DNA of 64,000 bases. It comes from Candidatus Hodarchaeota archaeon. GTDB lineage: Archaea; Asgardarchaeota; Lokiarchaeia; Sigyniarchaeales; SOKP01. A program made the translations under genes and the position numbers. The DNA lies in the NCBI GenBank assembly GCA_048887165.1, contig JBHLJZ010000008.1:2340-66339 (forward strand), read 5' to 3'. Under the pieces are notes generated by a model. That model worked only from the letters and a program-made list of their open reading frames with translations, searched no databases and had not been told where the DNA came from. Shown piece after piece: positions 9,905-20,887 of the stretch; positions within the stretch are counted from its first letter, which is position 1; each line of letters opens with the position of its first letter.

Positions 9905-11719
9905 TTATTTAAGTTTAGAAAGTATCATTGTTTGATTAATTTGATCTTTATAATGCTCAAGAGACTTAAAATTATCATTTGAAATAGTGTGTCGGATTTT
10001 TAAAATATCTGCTATGAAATCTTTTCCTAATAATTTTTCAATCGAAACATCTTGTTCTAAGAGATCTTTACCTATTTTATAAATTAATAAAAATATTTTA
10101 ATCATTCCAAGTAGCTTTTTAACATTCGTATAGTTATCAATAGAATCATAAGCACTTTGAATCAAAAATCCATTTTTAATTAAATTAGAGATTAAAAGGA
10201 TTAACTTTTGATCTTCAGATAAGTTCCTTTCTCCAATTAGTTGTATAACTTGCATAAGATCTTGCTCTTGAGACAATATTTCATTAACTTTTTCTCTGCA
10301 TTCCATCCAATTAATGTTAATTTCAGACCAATAAATATCTTGTTCATTCCACCATTTTTCAATATATTCTGGATAATTCGAATAAGAGTTAAACCAGTTA
10401 ATTGCTGGATAGTGTTTTAAGTATGCTAATTTTGGATCTAATGCTAAGAAGACTTGAACGACTCTTTTTGTTATTGCCGTTACAGGCTCATTGAAGTCAC
10501 CTGCTGGAGGAGATATTGTACCTATAATAGTTATAGAACCTTTTCTTTCATTTCCTAATTTGTCTTTTCCTAATGTTTCAATAATTCCTGCTCGTTCATA
10601 GAAACTTGAAAGTTTTGATTGCAAATATGAAGGGTATCCTTCCTCAGCAGGCATTTCTCCCAATAAACCAGAAATTTCTCTTAGCGATTCTGCCCATCGA
10701 GATGTACTATCTGCTAAAACAGCTACATTATATCCCATATCTCGATAATATTCTGCTATAGTTACCCCTGAAAATAAACTAGCTTCCCTAGCGGAAACAG
10801 GCATATTCGATGTGTTCGCAACAAGGATAATGCGTTCTAAGATAGGATGATTAGTTCTTGGATCTATTATCTCCGAAAACTGTTTTAATGTGTTTGCGAT
10901 TTCATTACCTGGTTCTCCACAACCTATGAAAATAATAATATCAGCATCAGACCATTTTGCCAAAGATTGTTGAAGGACAGTTTTACCTGTTCCAAAACCT
11001 CCAGGGATAGTAGTAGTACCCCCTTTTGCAATTGGAAATAATAAATCGATTACTCGGATTCCTGTAATTAGAGGTTCAAAAGGTTGGATTTTTTTTTTAT
11101 AAGGTCTTTTTTTTGTAATAGGCCATTTTTGCATCATTGTAAAAGAAGCTTCTCCATCTTGATTTTTTAATTTATATATCTCTTCGTCTATTGTATAATC
11201 ACCTTCTTCAGCGATAAAAATTAAATTACCAAATTGTTTAGGAGGGATCATTATTTTATGTGTTATTAGGGAAGTTTCTTGCACAATCCCAATTACATCT
11301 CCGTTGCTAACTTTGTCATTCAAATGCTTTAAAGGGATAAAATGCCATTTTTTAGTTCTAGATAATGAAGGGAACCGCACTCCTCTATTTAACCATCCAG
11401 ATTTATTGTTCATAAAAATCTTTTTTAGCGGTCTTTGAATTCCATCAAATGTATTCCCTAAAAGCCCAGGTGCTAATTCCATAGAAAGAGGTTCATTTAA
11501 ACTTATGACTCTTTCATTGAGTTTAACTTTAAGAGTACCTTCAAAACACTGAGCAATGATATAATCTGAATATATTTGGATTACTTCTCCTAGGATATTA
11601 TGGCCCATAATTTTTATTAGATCATTTAATTGAACATGATTTTCTAATCCTCTTATTTTTATAATAGATCCAAAAATCTCAGATATGTAGCCATATGTAG
11701 CATTTTCAATAGATTCCAT
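9905..11719 (-). CDS. A-type ATP synthase subunit A paralog (second copy, GEPGNE variant)
   Basis: Full-length (604 aa) homolog of the A subunit, with Walker [25 protein letters not shown] and [16 protein letters not shown]. It carries [11 protein letters not shown] where copy 1 and canonical A subunits have GERGNE. Confidence 0.9.
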   Translation of the reverse strand: MESIENATYGYISEIFGSIIKIRGLENHVQLNDLIKIMGHNILGEVIQIYSDYIIAQCFEGTLKVKLNERVISLNEPLSMELAPGLLGNTFDGIQRPLKKIFMNNKSGWLNRGVRFPSLSRTKKWHFIPLKHLNDKVSNGDVIGIVQETSLITHKIMIPPKQFGNLIFIAEEGDYTIDEEIYKLKNQDGEASFTMMQKWPITKKRPYKKKIQPFEPLITGIRVIDLLFPIAKGGTTTIPGGFGTGKTVLQQSLAKWSDADIIIFIGCGEPGNEIANTLKQFSEIIDPRTNHPILERIILVANTSNMPVSAREASLFSGVTIAEYYRDMGYNVAVLADSTSRWAESLREISGLLGEMPAEEGYPSYLQSKLSSFYERAGIIETLGKDKLGNERKGSITIIGTISPPAGDFNEPVTAITKRVVQVFLALDPKLAYLKHYPAINWFNSYSNYPEYIEKWWNEQDIYWSEININWMECREKVNEILSQEQDLMQVIQLIGERNLSEDQKLILLISNLIKNGFLIQSAYDSIDNYTNVKKLLGMIKIFLLIYKIGKDLLEQDVSIEKLLGKDFIADILKIRHTISNDNFKSLEHYKDQINQTMILSKLK

Positions 11720-11741
11720 TATATTTTTACCTCACCATATT

Positions 11742-12173
11742 TTAACTTTGGATTATTTTCCCACATTGGGGACATTTTTTAGAGAAACTGGACAGGATCA
11801 TACCACATTTACTGCATTTATGAATTAATGGTTTACGATAATTGAATTCTAAGCTAATATTAGTAGTATTTTTCTTTTGTGTTGGTTCAATTTTTTGATT
11901 TAAAAGCTCTTTATATCTTTGGTAATCACCCTTAACTGGTTTTTTTCTACTTTGAAATAGTTTTGAAAGTTTTTCAGTACCAGCAACTATTAATCCAGAA
12001 ACCACTAAAAAGAGAAAAACTAAAATTATCACTACTACAATCGGATTATTTTCAATCTTGATTAAAATAAAATACAAATAAAAAAGAAAGATGGTATAAA
12101 GTATTAAAAAACTAACTTTAAATAATTTAAGCTTTTTCGACTTGGTTTTTTGTTTAATTTCCGATTGAATCAT
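11742..12173 (-). CDS. membrane-anchored zinc-ribbon protein (143 aa)
   Basis: Two N-terminal hydrophobic helices, a basic linker and a C-terminal CSKCG-x12-CPQCG four-Cys ribbon. It sits between atpI and the second atpA copy with 32-nt and 22-nt gaps. Confidence 0.6.
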   Translation of the reverse strand: MIQSEIKQKTKSKKLKLFKVSFLILYTIFLFYLYFILIKIENNPIVVVIILVFLFLVVSGLIVAGTEKLSKLFQSRKKPVKGDYQRYKELLNQKIEPTQKKNTTNISLEFNYRKPLIHKCSKCGMILSSFSKKCPQCGKIIQS

Positions 12174-12205
12174 AATAGTAAATCTAGTGCATTTTTTAAA
12201 GATAT

Positions 12206-14539
12206 TTAGGCCTTTTTAAAGAATTTATCCTCAATAAGGCTAATTGCCTCATCAATTACTTCTTTCGCCTTTTTTGGTTCAATTTCTTTCTCAATTTCTT
12301 CAGAAATTATATCCCTACTAATTTCTTTTTTGAAAGTTATGATGGAATAAGTTTCATCTAAATAGAATGGAAAAAATTCTGTTCCTGATCCTTTATAAAA
12401 TTTAAAGAAAAATTCATAAAAATGTAACCTTATTGTATTAATAAAAACTAAAATGCCTTCTAATAAGATAACTACTAGGTTCCCAAAGATTAAACCTATA
12501 ACTCTAAAAATTTCAATTACAATTCCCTCACCTTGTAAAATACCTATCATAGTCTGAATTGAAATCATCAATGCAATATGAACAAGCGCTAAAGCTAATA
12601 ACCTTATATAAGAAGCAACATTGCTTAGCACAGATAATACTGTTTCAAACGTCTGTATTGAGCCTTCACCAATTAAAGCTCCAAAAGACTCCTTTTTTAG
12701 ATATGATACTCCTAATAAACGCCCAAGAGGTCTTAAAATTATTAATAGAATCCCTGGGATAATAACTAATAAGATAGGTGGTGGTAGCGGGATCGGTCCC
12801 CATAAAGTAACTAAGTATGTTGGCGATAACCAAACGGTAAAATTTATACCATATGTGAATATTAAAATCGCGCCACCTGTTATAAAAAATATTTTCATAA
12901 GTGAATTAGAAAATGAAAGGTATTTTTTGGACTGCTTCCAATAATTTATAAACTCTATAATCCAACCCATGTCAATGTGCACAACTCCTATAAATAAAGT
13001 AAACATAAACACTGACATAATATTATTTATAGGATCATATAAATTAATTGAGCCTAATAAGGGTAAAAAGAATGGAACTGGTTGCAGGTGGATTCCGAAC
13101 ATCATTTCTGAGCCAAAAAATTCGCCGTAGAGAAAACCTCCCAAAACTGCTCCAAATCCACAGTATAAAATTATCCAACTAAAATTTCGAATAGCCTTCC
13201 TTTTTCTAAAAATTACCCCTCCTATAAATCCGGCTATTATTAAACTTAATCCATGACCAATGTCTCCAAACATTAATCCAAAAAGCAAAGGAAAAGTAAT
13301 TGCAAGAAACGGAGTCGGATCTATTTCAGAATAAGAAGGAGTTCCATACATTTTTGTCAGAGTCTCAAATGGACGAAAAAACCATCTATTTTTCATAATG
13401 GTGGGAGTATTGGATATTATATCATCATTTACATTTTCTTTAGTCTTTCCTTTTTTATCTTTAAGATCCTTTATAGCTGAAATATCCTTATGTTCAAGCT
13501 TTTCAATTTCTTCTTTTTTAATTGATTTATATTTTGGTATATTTAATGATTCAATTATGATTTTATCTTTAAAATTTTTAATCAAATTCTGTTCTACATT
13601 CTTTTTATCGCGAGAAGGAACGAAAAATTTTAAAGAGAGACGATCAGATGATGTTTTTTCGAATTGTTGCTCTGCCCAATAATATTCCTCAACATTTTGA
13701 ACAATTTCATTGATTGCAGCAAATTTATACAAATTATCATCCTTTAATCTTAACCTTTCTTTTTCATATTTAGAAAGAGTATTTTCGATAATTTTTAACT
13801 CACTATTAATCCTAGAAAAATTAATACCCTCTGAAGTCAAATACTTTTTGAGAATTGGCACTTCTTCAGCGAATATTAACTTTATCCTTTCATTTAATTC
13901 TTCCTCTTTTTCAATTGGATATATTATGAAAAAGATTGTTCTATCTTCAACTTTATAAGCATTTGGAAAAAGTTCATCAGTTTGGTATACATTTGGAAAA
14001 GATTGAAAATCAAACAACAGTTTTAAATTATCCAAATTTTTAGAGAACGTTGAATAGACTCGAAAATTCAATTTATTTAGATCACTTAAACTACTCCTAC
14101 TTAAATTAAATTGTTCAAGAAAGGTGTAGCTAGTTTTTATTAGTTGAACATTTTCAAGTTCAATTTTTGCTTTTGCAATATATCTATCTAATTCATTAAT
14201 TCTATTAGTATAGTAAATTATTTCTTCCTTAACGGTGCCGATAAGTTCATTTATATCATCTACAACAAATTCGATTCTTTTTTCCTTTTCAACTTTTTTT
14301 AGACTTGAGAAAGTTGATTCTGAAATCTGGATTTTGTTGAATAATTCATTTAAGTCGCGTCTTAAATTTTTAATAGCACCTAATAATACGTCCTTTTCTT
14401 CTATTTCCTTTCTTTCTTGAAAAATTTTTTTTGATTTTATGTGAATGTTATTAATATCAGAAAGTTGGTTTAGTAGAGCATCTTTATAATTGTAATTAAT
14501 AACTACATTAAACAATGACATCTCGGTTTTTTGAGGCAT
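12206..14539 (-). CDS. atpI: A-type ATP synthase subunit I (stator a-subunit homolog)
   Basis: 777 aa. It has a long N-terminal cytoplasmic coiled-coil half and a C-terminal polytopic membrane half containing the conserved YIRLLALALVH segment (essential Arg region). Confidence 0.85.
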   Translation of the reverse strand: MPQKTEMSLFNVVINYNYKDALLNQLSDINNIHIKSKKIFQERKEIEEKDVLLGAIKNLRRDLNELFNKIQISESTFSSLKKVEKEKRIEFVVDDINELIGTVKEEIIYYTNRINELDRYIAKAKIELENVQLIKTSYTFLEQFNLSRSSLSDLNKLNFRVYSTFSKNLDNLKLLFDFQSFPNVYQTDELFPNAYKVEDRTIFFIIYPIEKEEELNERIKLIFAEEVPILKKYLTSEGINFSRINSELKIIENTLSKYEKERLRLKDDNLYKFAAINEIVQNVEEYYWAEQQFEKTSSDRLSLKFFVPSRDKKNVEQNLIKNFKDKIIIESLNIPKYKSIKKEEIEKLEHKDISAIKDLKDKKGKTKENVNDDIISNTPTIMKNRWFFRPFETLTKMYGTPSYSEIDPTPFLAITFPLLFGLMFGDIGHGLSLIIAGFIGGVIFRKRKAIRNFSWIILYCGFGAVLGGFLYGEFFGSEMMFGIHLQPVPFFLPLLGSINLYDPINNIMSVFMFTLFIGVVHIDMGWIIEFINYWKQSKKYLSFSNSLMKIFFITGGAILIFTYGINFTVWLSPTYLVTLWGPIPLPPPILLVIIPGILLIILRPLGRLLGVSYLKKESFGALIGEGSIQTFETVLSVLSNVASYIRLLALALVHIALMISIQTMIGILQGEGIVIEIFRVIGLIFGNLVVILLEGILVFINTIRLHFYEFFFKFYKGSGTEFFPFYLDETYSIITFKKEISRDIISEEIEKEIEPKKAKEVIDEAISLIEDKFFKKA

Positions 14540-14550
14540 TAGATCACATC

Positions 14551-15210
14551 CTATACTTTACTTATTTCCTTTTTTTGAATAAGATCCTTAGTCTTTTTCA
14601 ACCTAACAAAATTTTCTCTATCGTTTTCTTCTAAAATTTCTCTAATCTTTTTAATATCTGCTATTAGTCTGGGAATAATTATGTTTTTCAAACCATTTAT
14701 TCTACGAGTAATCCTATTAAAATAATGGACAAATTTAATAAATAAATCTTCCTTTTCAGCTAACTTTATTAAACTTTCGAAAAAATTTTCTAAGATAAAC
14801 GTAAGATCATCAAGAAAATGACTTGAATTCTCAAAAGAGTATGCTGGTAATTTATCTTTCCGATCTAAGTCATAACTTATTTCACTGGAAGGGATTCCAA
14901 TTCGCTTGGTATGTTTTAAATTAATTGAAGGTTTATATTGAATTTTACTAATACTACTAATCAATACTAAATCCCTTTTTCCCATCTCTTTATAGGTTTT
15001 GTTTAAATTAATCAAAGAGTTTTTGTATAAATTCATAAATTTATTAAAGACTGATTGATATTCATAATATCTATTTTTAATTTGTGACATTAACTGTTCT
15101 TGTTTAAATTCTAAAAATTTCTTCCCTCTTACAGCAAAATTTAATCTTTTTTGAAGATTTATCAAGTTCGTTTTTGTAGGTTTTAATTCTCTAAAACTAA
15201 TTGTTCTCAC
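14551..15210 (-). CDS. atpD: A-type ATP synthase subunit D (central stalk)
   Basis: N-terminal KPTKTNLINLQKRLNFAVRGKKFLEFK is the typical V/A-type D start. Size (219 aa) and position after atpB also fit. Confidence 0.85.
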   Translation of the reverse strand: MRTISFRELKPTKTNLINLQKRLNFAVRGKKFLEFKQEQLMSQIKNRYYEYQSVFNKFMNLYKNSLINLNKTYKEMGKRDLVLISSISKIQYKPSINLKHTKRIGIPSSEISYDLDRKDKLPAYSFENSSHFLDDLTFILENFFESLIKLAEKEDLFIKFVHYFNRITRRINGLKNIIIPRLIADIKKIREILEENDRENFVRLKKTKDLIQKKEISKV

Positions 15211-16599
15211 CTACTCTCTGTAATACTTATCAATAAATTCTTGATGAATGCGAAATAATAAATTCTTTGGTAAATTTGACAAAACCTCCCAAGCTCTTGA
15301 AAATGATTCATTTAAATTTCTATTGTCGAGAAAGTCTTGATTTAAAAATTTTTGTTCAAAATCTTCACCAAATCGTAATAAAGCTTTCTGGTCAAAATTA
15401 AGTCCATCTTCCCCTACAACAGCAAGAAGATCTCTCACTTCAAGAGCGCTAGAGTAAGATGCTAATAATTGTGAACTTAAATCGGCATGATCCTCTCTAG
15501 TTGTACCACTTCCTATAGCATCTTTCATTAATCTTGAAATTGAAGCTAAAACTCCGATAGGAGGATATATTCCCTTCTTATATAAATCTCGATTGAGCAC
15601 TATTTGACCTTCAGTGATGTATCCAGAAGTATCTGGGATTGGGTGAGAAATGTCATCATTTGGCATGGTTAAAATTGGGATTTGGGTTATAGTTCCAGTC
15701 TTACCCTTGATCTTTCCAGTTCTTTCATATATTGATGCGAGATCGGAATACAAATACCCCGGATATCCTTTCCTGCTAGGAATCTCTTCTTTCGCAGAAC
15801 TTAATTCTCTTAATGCTTCAGCGTAATTCGTCATATCAATTAAAATTACAAGAACATGCATATCTTTTTCAAAAGCAAAATATTCAGCAGTAGTTAAAGC
15901 CACCCTTGGAATAATTAGCCTTTCCATTATTGGATCAGATGCAAAATTAAAAAATGAAATAATATTAAGAATATTTCCACTTTCTTGAAAGCTTTTTATG
16001 AAGTTAATAGCATTATCTTCAATGATTCCAATACCACAAAAAATTATTAAGAATGGTTCTTCAGTTAGAACTTTAGCTTGTGTTACAATTTGAGTAGCCA
16101 ATCTATTATGCGGGAGCCCTTGACCACTGAATATTGGAAGTTTTTGTCCTCTTATAAGAGTAAAAAGACCATCAATGCTGCTTATACCTGTTTGGATTAC
16201 CTCTGAAGGATAATCTCTAGCATAGGGATTTATTGGAGCACCAAATATGTCTCGTTCTTCTGTTGTTATTATTTTTGAATTTAGAACTTTTTTAGTTTCG
16301 ATATCAATCGGTTCACCTAAAGAATTAAAAATTCTTCCAAACATATCATTATCAGAAATTCTGATTTTAAAAGAATCTTCTGTGAAAAATATCTTAGAAT
16401 TTTCAGCTGATATTCCTTTTGTATCTTCAAATACTTCTAATATTATCATATCTTCATTAATCTTCAATACTTGTCCATTACGAATAGAACCATCTTCTCC
16501 TTCAATCCTGACAAATTCTCCGTATTGAACATCATGATTATTCTTTAAAAATAATAAAGGTCCAATAATTTGCTGAACTTTTCTATAAATTGTACTCAT
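15211..16599 (-). CDS. atpB: A-type ATP synthase subunit B
   Basis: 462 aa with a degenerate P-loop region (FSGQGLPHN) and the conserved blocks [20 protein letters not shown] and [20 protein letters not shown]. Its start makes an ATGA overlap with the atpA stop. Confidence 0.95.
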   Translation of the reverse strand: MSTIYRKVQQIIGPLLFLKNNHDVQYGEFVRIEGEDGSIRNGQVLKINEDMIILEVFEDTKGISAENSKIFFTEDSFKIRISDNDMFGRIFNSLGEPIDIETKKVLNSKIITTEERDIFGAPINPYARDYPSEVIQTGISSIDGLFTLIRGQKLPIFSGQGLPHNRLATQIVTQAKVLTEEPFLIIFCGIGIIEDNAINFIKSFQESGNILNIISFFNFASDPIMERLIIPRVALTTAEYFAFEKDMHVLVILIDMTNYAEALRELSSAKEEIPSRKGYPGYLYSDLASIYERTGKIKGKTGTITQIPILTMPNDDISHPIPDTSGYITEGQIVLNRDLYKKGIYPPIGVLASISRLMKDAIGSGTTREDHADLSSQLLASYSSALEVRDLLAVVGEDGLNFDQKALLRFGEDFEQKFLNQDFLDNRNLNESFSRAWEVLSNLPKNLLFRIHQEFIDKYYRE

Positions 16600-18434
16600 T
16601 TTTTACTTCTGACTCCATAAAGAATTTTAAGAGATTCAATTTCTTGTAGTAGCTTCTCTTTAATATTATCAATCTTATCAAATTCATTATTAGGGATACG
16701 ATTATTAATTCTGATTATTTCATTTATAATCTGAAGGTTCTTGATATCTTCGAGAAGAAATCCTTGTTTTAGAATTTTTTTTCCCTCATTATATAGTAGA
16801 AGAATTAATTTTATGTGTCCTAGAAGCTTCTTCGCATCAGTATAACCATCGATAGTATCAAACGCATTTTGAATAAGAAAGCTTTCTCGAATCACTTTTG
16901 CTATAAATAAAATTAACTGTTGTTCTTCAGGTAAATTTTCTTCTCCAATTAATTGAACTATATTAATCAGGTTTTGCTCTTTAGACAAGATCTCTTCTAC
17001 ATAATTTCTACATTGGTACCAATCCAAATCCATTTCTACCCAATCAATATCTCTTTCAAACCACCAATCAGAAATATAGTCAGGATAGTTAGAATAGGAA
17101 TTCAGCCAATTTACAGCGGGATAATGTTTTGAATATGCTAACCGAGCATCTAATGCCCAAAATGCTTGAACAAAGCGTTTAGTTGTCGAAGTTACAGGTT
17201 CGCTAAAATCTCCGGCAGGTGGGGAAACAGAGCCTATTATGGTTATTGATCCATAATTTTTTTTATCAGAATTGGAATTACCTAGTGTTTTTATAACACC
17301 AGCTCGTTCGTAGAAACTTGAAAGCTTAGAGGGAAGATATGCCGGATATCCCTCCTCTGCAGGCATTTCTTCTAATAATCCTGAAATTTCTCTTAAAGAT
17401 TCAGCCCATCGAGAAGTACTATCAGCTAAAACAGCTACATCATAACCCATATCCCTATAATATTCAGCTATAGTAACTCCTGAAAAAATACTTGCCTCGC
17501 GTGCTGAAACTGGCATATTTGACGTATTTGCGATTAAAACAATCCTTTCTAATAATGGTCTTCCTGTTCTAGGATCTATAATTTCAGAAAATTCTTTTAA
17601 TACATCAGCGATTTCATTTCCTCTCTCCCCACATCCAACAAATACTACTATATCAGCATCACACCACTTAGCTAGAGATTGTTGTATAACCGTTTTTCCA
17701 GTACCAAAGCCACCAGGGACAGCAACAGTCCCTCCTTTTGCTATAGGAAATAATAAATCGATTACTCTTATTCCCGTTAATAAGGGTTCACTCGGAATAA
17801 TTCTTGCTTTATGAGGTCTAGCTTTTGTAACAGGCCACCTTTGTATCAGATTAAAAGATTTTTCTTGGTTTTGATATGATAAACGATAAATTTCATCAAT
17901 GACAGTATATTCTCCCTTTTCAGCAATGTAAGTTACTTTACCTGAGCTTACTGGTACTAATATTTTATGAACAATAGATGGAGTTTCTTGAACTGTTCCA
18001 ATAGTATCTCCAATATTAACTGCATCTCCTATTTTTTTGGTAGGTGTGAAATTCCATTTTTTCGTTCTAGAAAGGGAGGGTATTTCTAATCCACGTGATA
18101 TAAAACCTATTCCTTCAGATGATTTAAAAGCTTGATCTAAGGGTCTTTGAATTCCATCAAATACACTAGCTAATAGTCCTGGGCCTAATTCCATTGATAA
18201 AGGTTCATTTAGATATAACACTTCATCATTTAGCTTCAAATTATTCGTATTTTCATAACATTGAGCAACTACGTGGTTAGCATAAATTTGAATTATTTCT
18301 CCTAGAATTTGATAAGAAGAAACTTTAATTAAATCATGGAGTTTAACTTTGCTTTCTAAACCTTTTATCTCTATAAGAGTACCATTGATTGCCGAAATTA
18401 TGCCTGTATCATTATTCTTTTTAGATTCAATCAT
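16596..18434 (-). CDS. atpA: A-type ATP synthase catalytic subunit A
   Basis: 612 aa with Walker [11 protein letters not shown], the canonical GCGERGNEI motif, [30 protein letters not shown], and the non-homologous insert region typical of A subunits. Confidence 0.95.
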   Translation of the reverse strand: MIESKKNNDTGIISAINGTLIEIKGLESKVKLHDLIKVSSYQILGEIIQIYANHVVAQCYENTNNLKLNDEVLYLNEPLSMELGPGLLASVFDGIQRPLDQAFKSSEGIGFISRGLEIPSLSRTKKWNFTPTKKIGDAVNIGDTIGTVQETPSIVHKILVPVSSGKVTYIAEKGEYTVIDEIYRLSYQNQEKSFNLIQRWPVTKARPHKARIIPSEPLLTGIRVIDLLFPIAKGGTVAVPGGFGTGKTVIQQSLAKWCDADIVVFVGCGERGNEIADVLKEFSEIIDPRTGRPLLERIVLIANTSNMPVSAREASIFSGVTIAEYYRDMGYDVAVLADSTSRWAESLREISGLLEEMPAEEGYPAYLPSKLSSFYERAGVIKTLGNSNSDKKNYGSITIIGSVSPPAGDFSEPVTSTTKRFVQAFWALDARLAYSKHYPAVNWLNSYSNYPDYISDWWFERDIDWVEMDLDWYQCRNYVEEILSKEQNLINIVQLIGEENLPEEQQLILFIAKVIRESFLIQNAFDTIDGYTDAKKLLGHIKLILLLYNEGKKILKQGFLLEDIKNLQIINEIIRINNRIPNNEFDKIDNIKEKLLQEIESLKILYGVRSKK

Positions 18435-19002
18435 ACGTCCTTAAATGCTCCTTGATATCAAGTTTTTTATTTCGAATAAATTTTTCAAAACTAAGTTGCA
18501 TCTCTTTGATTTCTGACTCTGAAAAGATCTTTGAAAACTCTTTCTCAATGAGGATGCTTTTTTTTTGTAGTAAATTATCAATTGTATAGTCATATGACAT
18601 GTTGATACTATTTTGGAAAACTTTGAAACCACCAATAAATTCATCATTAGACTTGAGAATTTCAACCTTATTTTTAAATAAATCTTGAATATGATTAGGA
18701 TTGGTTTTAAAATAATCATAATCCTTAGAATTTAGACTAATCGATATTTTTGGGGGCTTATCAATTATCGAAATTACTTTTTTAAAAATTGAAATTAAAT
18801 ATTTTGTATATTTTGAATAATTTTTAGATATTTTATTTCTAATACTAGTTTCAAGCGCACTATATAATTGTTCTATTAGATTCCGTTTTAATTGAAGTAT
18901 TTCATCTTTTACTTTTGATAAGGTTTCTGAAAGAGTATTATTCAAAAATTGATCATAAGTTTCTATAAAATGATTTTTTATTCTAAGAGAATTCTCATCC
19001 AT
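18427..19002 (-). CDS. atpE: A-type ATP synthase subunit E (peripheral stalk); true start probably upstream of the first ATG
   Basis: Position before atpA, a helical N-terminal half and a globular C-terminal half. The frame stays open 53 codons upstream and encodes an E-like IIEEAEKKVKEI helix, with no ATG/GTG/TTG (see finding). Confidence 0.7.
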   Translation of the reverse strand: MDENSLRIKNHFIETYDQFLNNTLSETLSKVKDEILQLKRNLIEQLYSALETSIRNKISKNYSKYTKYLISIFKKVISIIDKPPKISISLNSKDYDYFKTNPNHIQDLFKNKVEILKSNDEFIGGFKVFQNSINMSYDYTIDNLLQKKSILIEKEFSKIFSESEIKEMQLSFEKFIRNKKLDIKEHLRTYD

Positions 19003-19161
19003 TCTCTTTAGGTAATTTTTTTTAATTTCTGCTTTTTGAAAAAGTGTGGATTGGTTTATCTCCTTTACTTTCTTTTCAGCCTCTTCAATAATATATATTC
19101 CTAGCTTTCCAAATTGACTTTTTATGTCCTTTTCTTGCGAAATGGTAAATTCAACTTTTTT

Positions 19162-19479
19162 TTAAATAATTTGGTTAATAAATTTGAAAATTTTTGCCAT
19201 AATTTTGTTTTGTTGTTCGATATCAGTTGTAAAGACATCTGGTACATAAAACACAAATGGTTTTTTATTATTTAATTTAAAATCAAATAAATATTCGATC
19301 TCATTTTCTGGTAAATTTAAAGCTACAATGATCATTCCAATTGAAGAGTCTTTAATCAATCTATCAAACTCTTTGGAGAATTGTTCTGTATTCTCAATAA
19401 TCTTTCCTTCAATTCCTAATAAACCCATTAATAAAACGAATTCCTCATATCCTAATACAAATATTTTTTGATTAAACAT
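19162..19479 (-). CDS. atpF: A-type ATP synthase subunit F
   Basis: 105 aa with a flavodoxin-like pattern (KIFVLGYEEFVLLMGLLGIEG...IGMIIV) typical of V/A-type F. Operon position also fits. Confidence 0.7.
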   Translation of the reverse strand: MFNQKIFVLGYEEFVLLMGLLGIEGKIIENTEQFSKEFDRLIKDSSIGMIIVALNLPENEIEYLFDFKLNNKKPFVFYVPDVFTTDIEQQNKIMAKIFKFINQII

Positions 19480-19789
19480 TGAAATTCAGCCCAGCTTTAG
19501 TTATTATTTCTTCAATTAATTCTTCCATTTTTCTTTCATAATTAGATTTAACTAGCTTTAATTTTGATTCTAATTTTTCTTTAAAAATTCTGATTTCTTC
19601 TTTAGTTTCTTTATTAAGTGATTTTAGGACTTCTTTAACATTATTTTGTTTTGTTTGTATAGAATCCTCCAAAAATTTTTCCTGCTCTTTACGGAAGGTT
19701 TGAATTTCAATTAAACTTTCTTCCTTTGCTTTCTCAATTAAATCTTCATAAACTTTTTCAATATCTTTTATCCATTCAAAAATCTTCAT
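19472..19789 (-). CDS. atpH: A-type ATP synthase subunit H-like small coiled-coil stalk protein
   Basis: 105-aa all-helical E/K-rich protein that overlaps both neighbours inside the operon. Assignment rests on size and position. Confidence 0.5.
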   Translation of the reverse strand: MKIFEWIKDIEKVYEDLIEKAKEESLIEIQTFRKEQEKFLEDSIQTKQNNVKEVLKSLNKETKEEIRIFKEKLESKLKLVKSNYERKMEELIEEIITKAGLNFNV

Positions 19790-20855
19790 CTAATAAATTT
19801 AGCCTCTCATAATTTTCATGAATAATTCTAACAATATGCGGCATTATTATGAATTTAATTTCTTTATCTTTTTTAATTATTAACTCCAGAATACTGTAGA
19901 TCGTTGAATACTCTATATCATCAATCTTCATTTTAAATTTTTTGAAGTAATATGCTTGGTAAATTCCCTCTAATGACCATCTTATATGCTCCCTTTTAAA
20001 CTGAATTGGTATAAAGAAGGCTTTCAACTCTTTTTTATTTTGCAGATAGCTAGCAATCTCTGAAATAAAAGTATCAATATTTGTGAGATTAAGCAATGAT
20101 CCAATCTTTTCTTTGTTAAAAAAAAGATATTCATCTACTAACATTTGAGAAAGTAATTTTCTTTCGATATTATCCTTAATTCCTCTATAAATTAATCGTA
20201 GATTATAAATCTCAACCACATATTTGATAAATAAATTTATCATTTCAGTTTCTTTTTTAGAATATATCTTTTCACTCTTTATTAAATTTTCATAATATAA
20301 TTTATCCAAAAAAGCTTCTAAAACAAAAATTTCTCCGGTGTTTTTAAAATATAAAATTCCTTCTCTTATAGCTTTGTTATATATAGTTTTTTTCACGAAT
20401 AGTTGAATTTCACTTAAAGATGTAATCTCTAATAACTTTTTAATGAAGTCTGAATGATCTAAATAATCTTCGACTAGAAAATTGATCCTCTTATACTTTT
20501 GTTTCATATCCATGCCAGCAATTAGCCCAAGGATAATTTGCTTAATGTTATTAATTTCAAATTTTAAAAGTAAAGACCTTATAAATCTTCTCATATTTTC
20601 AGGTGATACAAACATAATTTTTCCCATCAATTTTATATAGACATGAAAAAGAGCTTGTTCGATTTCGATAATTAAATAATTTTTAATGTCTATTTCTGGA
20701 TAATATGGGGTGATGACTTCTATAAACTCTTTTATATCTTTTATTTTTTTCAACTTTTTTAAAGATGCCTCATCTATTAGTAAATTTTTTAAAAAATTTA
20801 CTTTGATATACGTATAAGCATAAGATGGAATAATTATACTCGTTGAAAACACCAA
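19776..20855 (-). CDS. atpC: A-type ATP synthase subunit C (V-type d homolog)
   Basis: 359-aa helical protein between atpK and the stalk genes. Length and internal two-fold helical repeat character fit subunit C. Confidence 0.75.
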   Translation of the reverse strand: MVFSTSIIIPSYAYTYIKVNFLKNLLIDEASLKKLKKIKDIKEFIEVITPYYPEIDIKNYLIIEIEQALFHVYIKLMGKIMFVSPENMRRFIRSLLLKFEINNIKQIILGLIAGMDMKQKYKRINFLVEDYLDHSDFIKKLLEITSLSEIQLFVKKTIYNKAIREGILYFKNTGEIFVLEAFLDKLYYENLIKSEKIYSKKETEMINLFIKYVVEIYNLRLIYRGIKDNIERKLLSQMLVDEYLFFNKEKIGSLLNLTNIDTFISEIASYLQNKKELKAFFIPIQFKREHIRWSLEGIYQAYYFKKFKMKIDDIEYSTIYSILELIIKKDKEIKFIIMPHIVRIIHENYERLNLLDEDF

Positions 20856-20887
20856 AGGATGAAATTTCTTTGAAAATATTTAATTTA

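Noticed and set aside
9905-18434. The possibility that the two atpA copies are an assembly duplication or a recent gene conversion.
   Set aside because: The copies differ throughout at nucleotide and protein level, with different N- and C-termini and many substitutions even within conserved blocks. They also have different flanking genes, so this is a genuine old paralogy.
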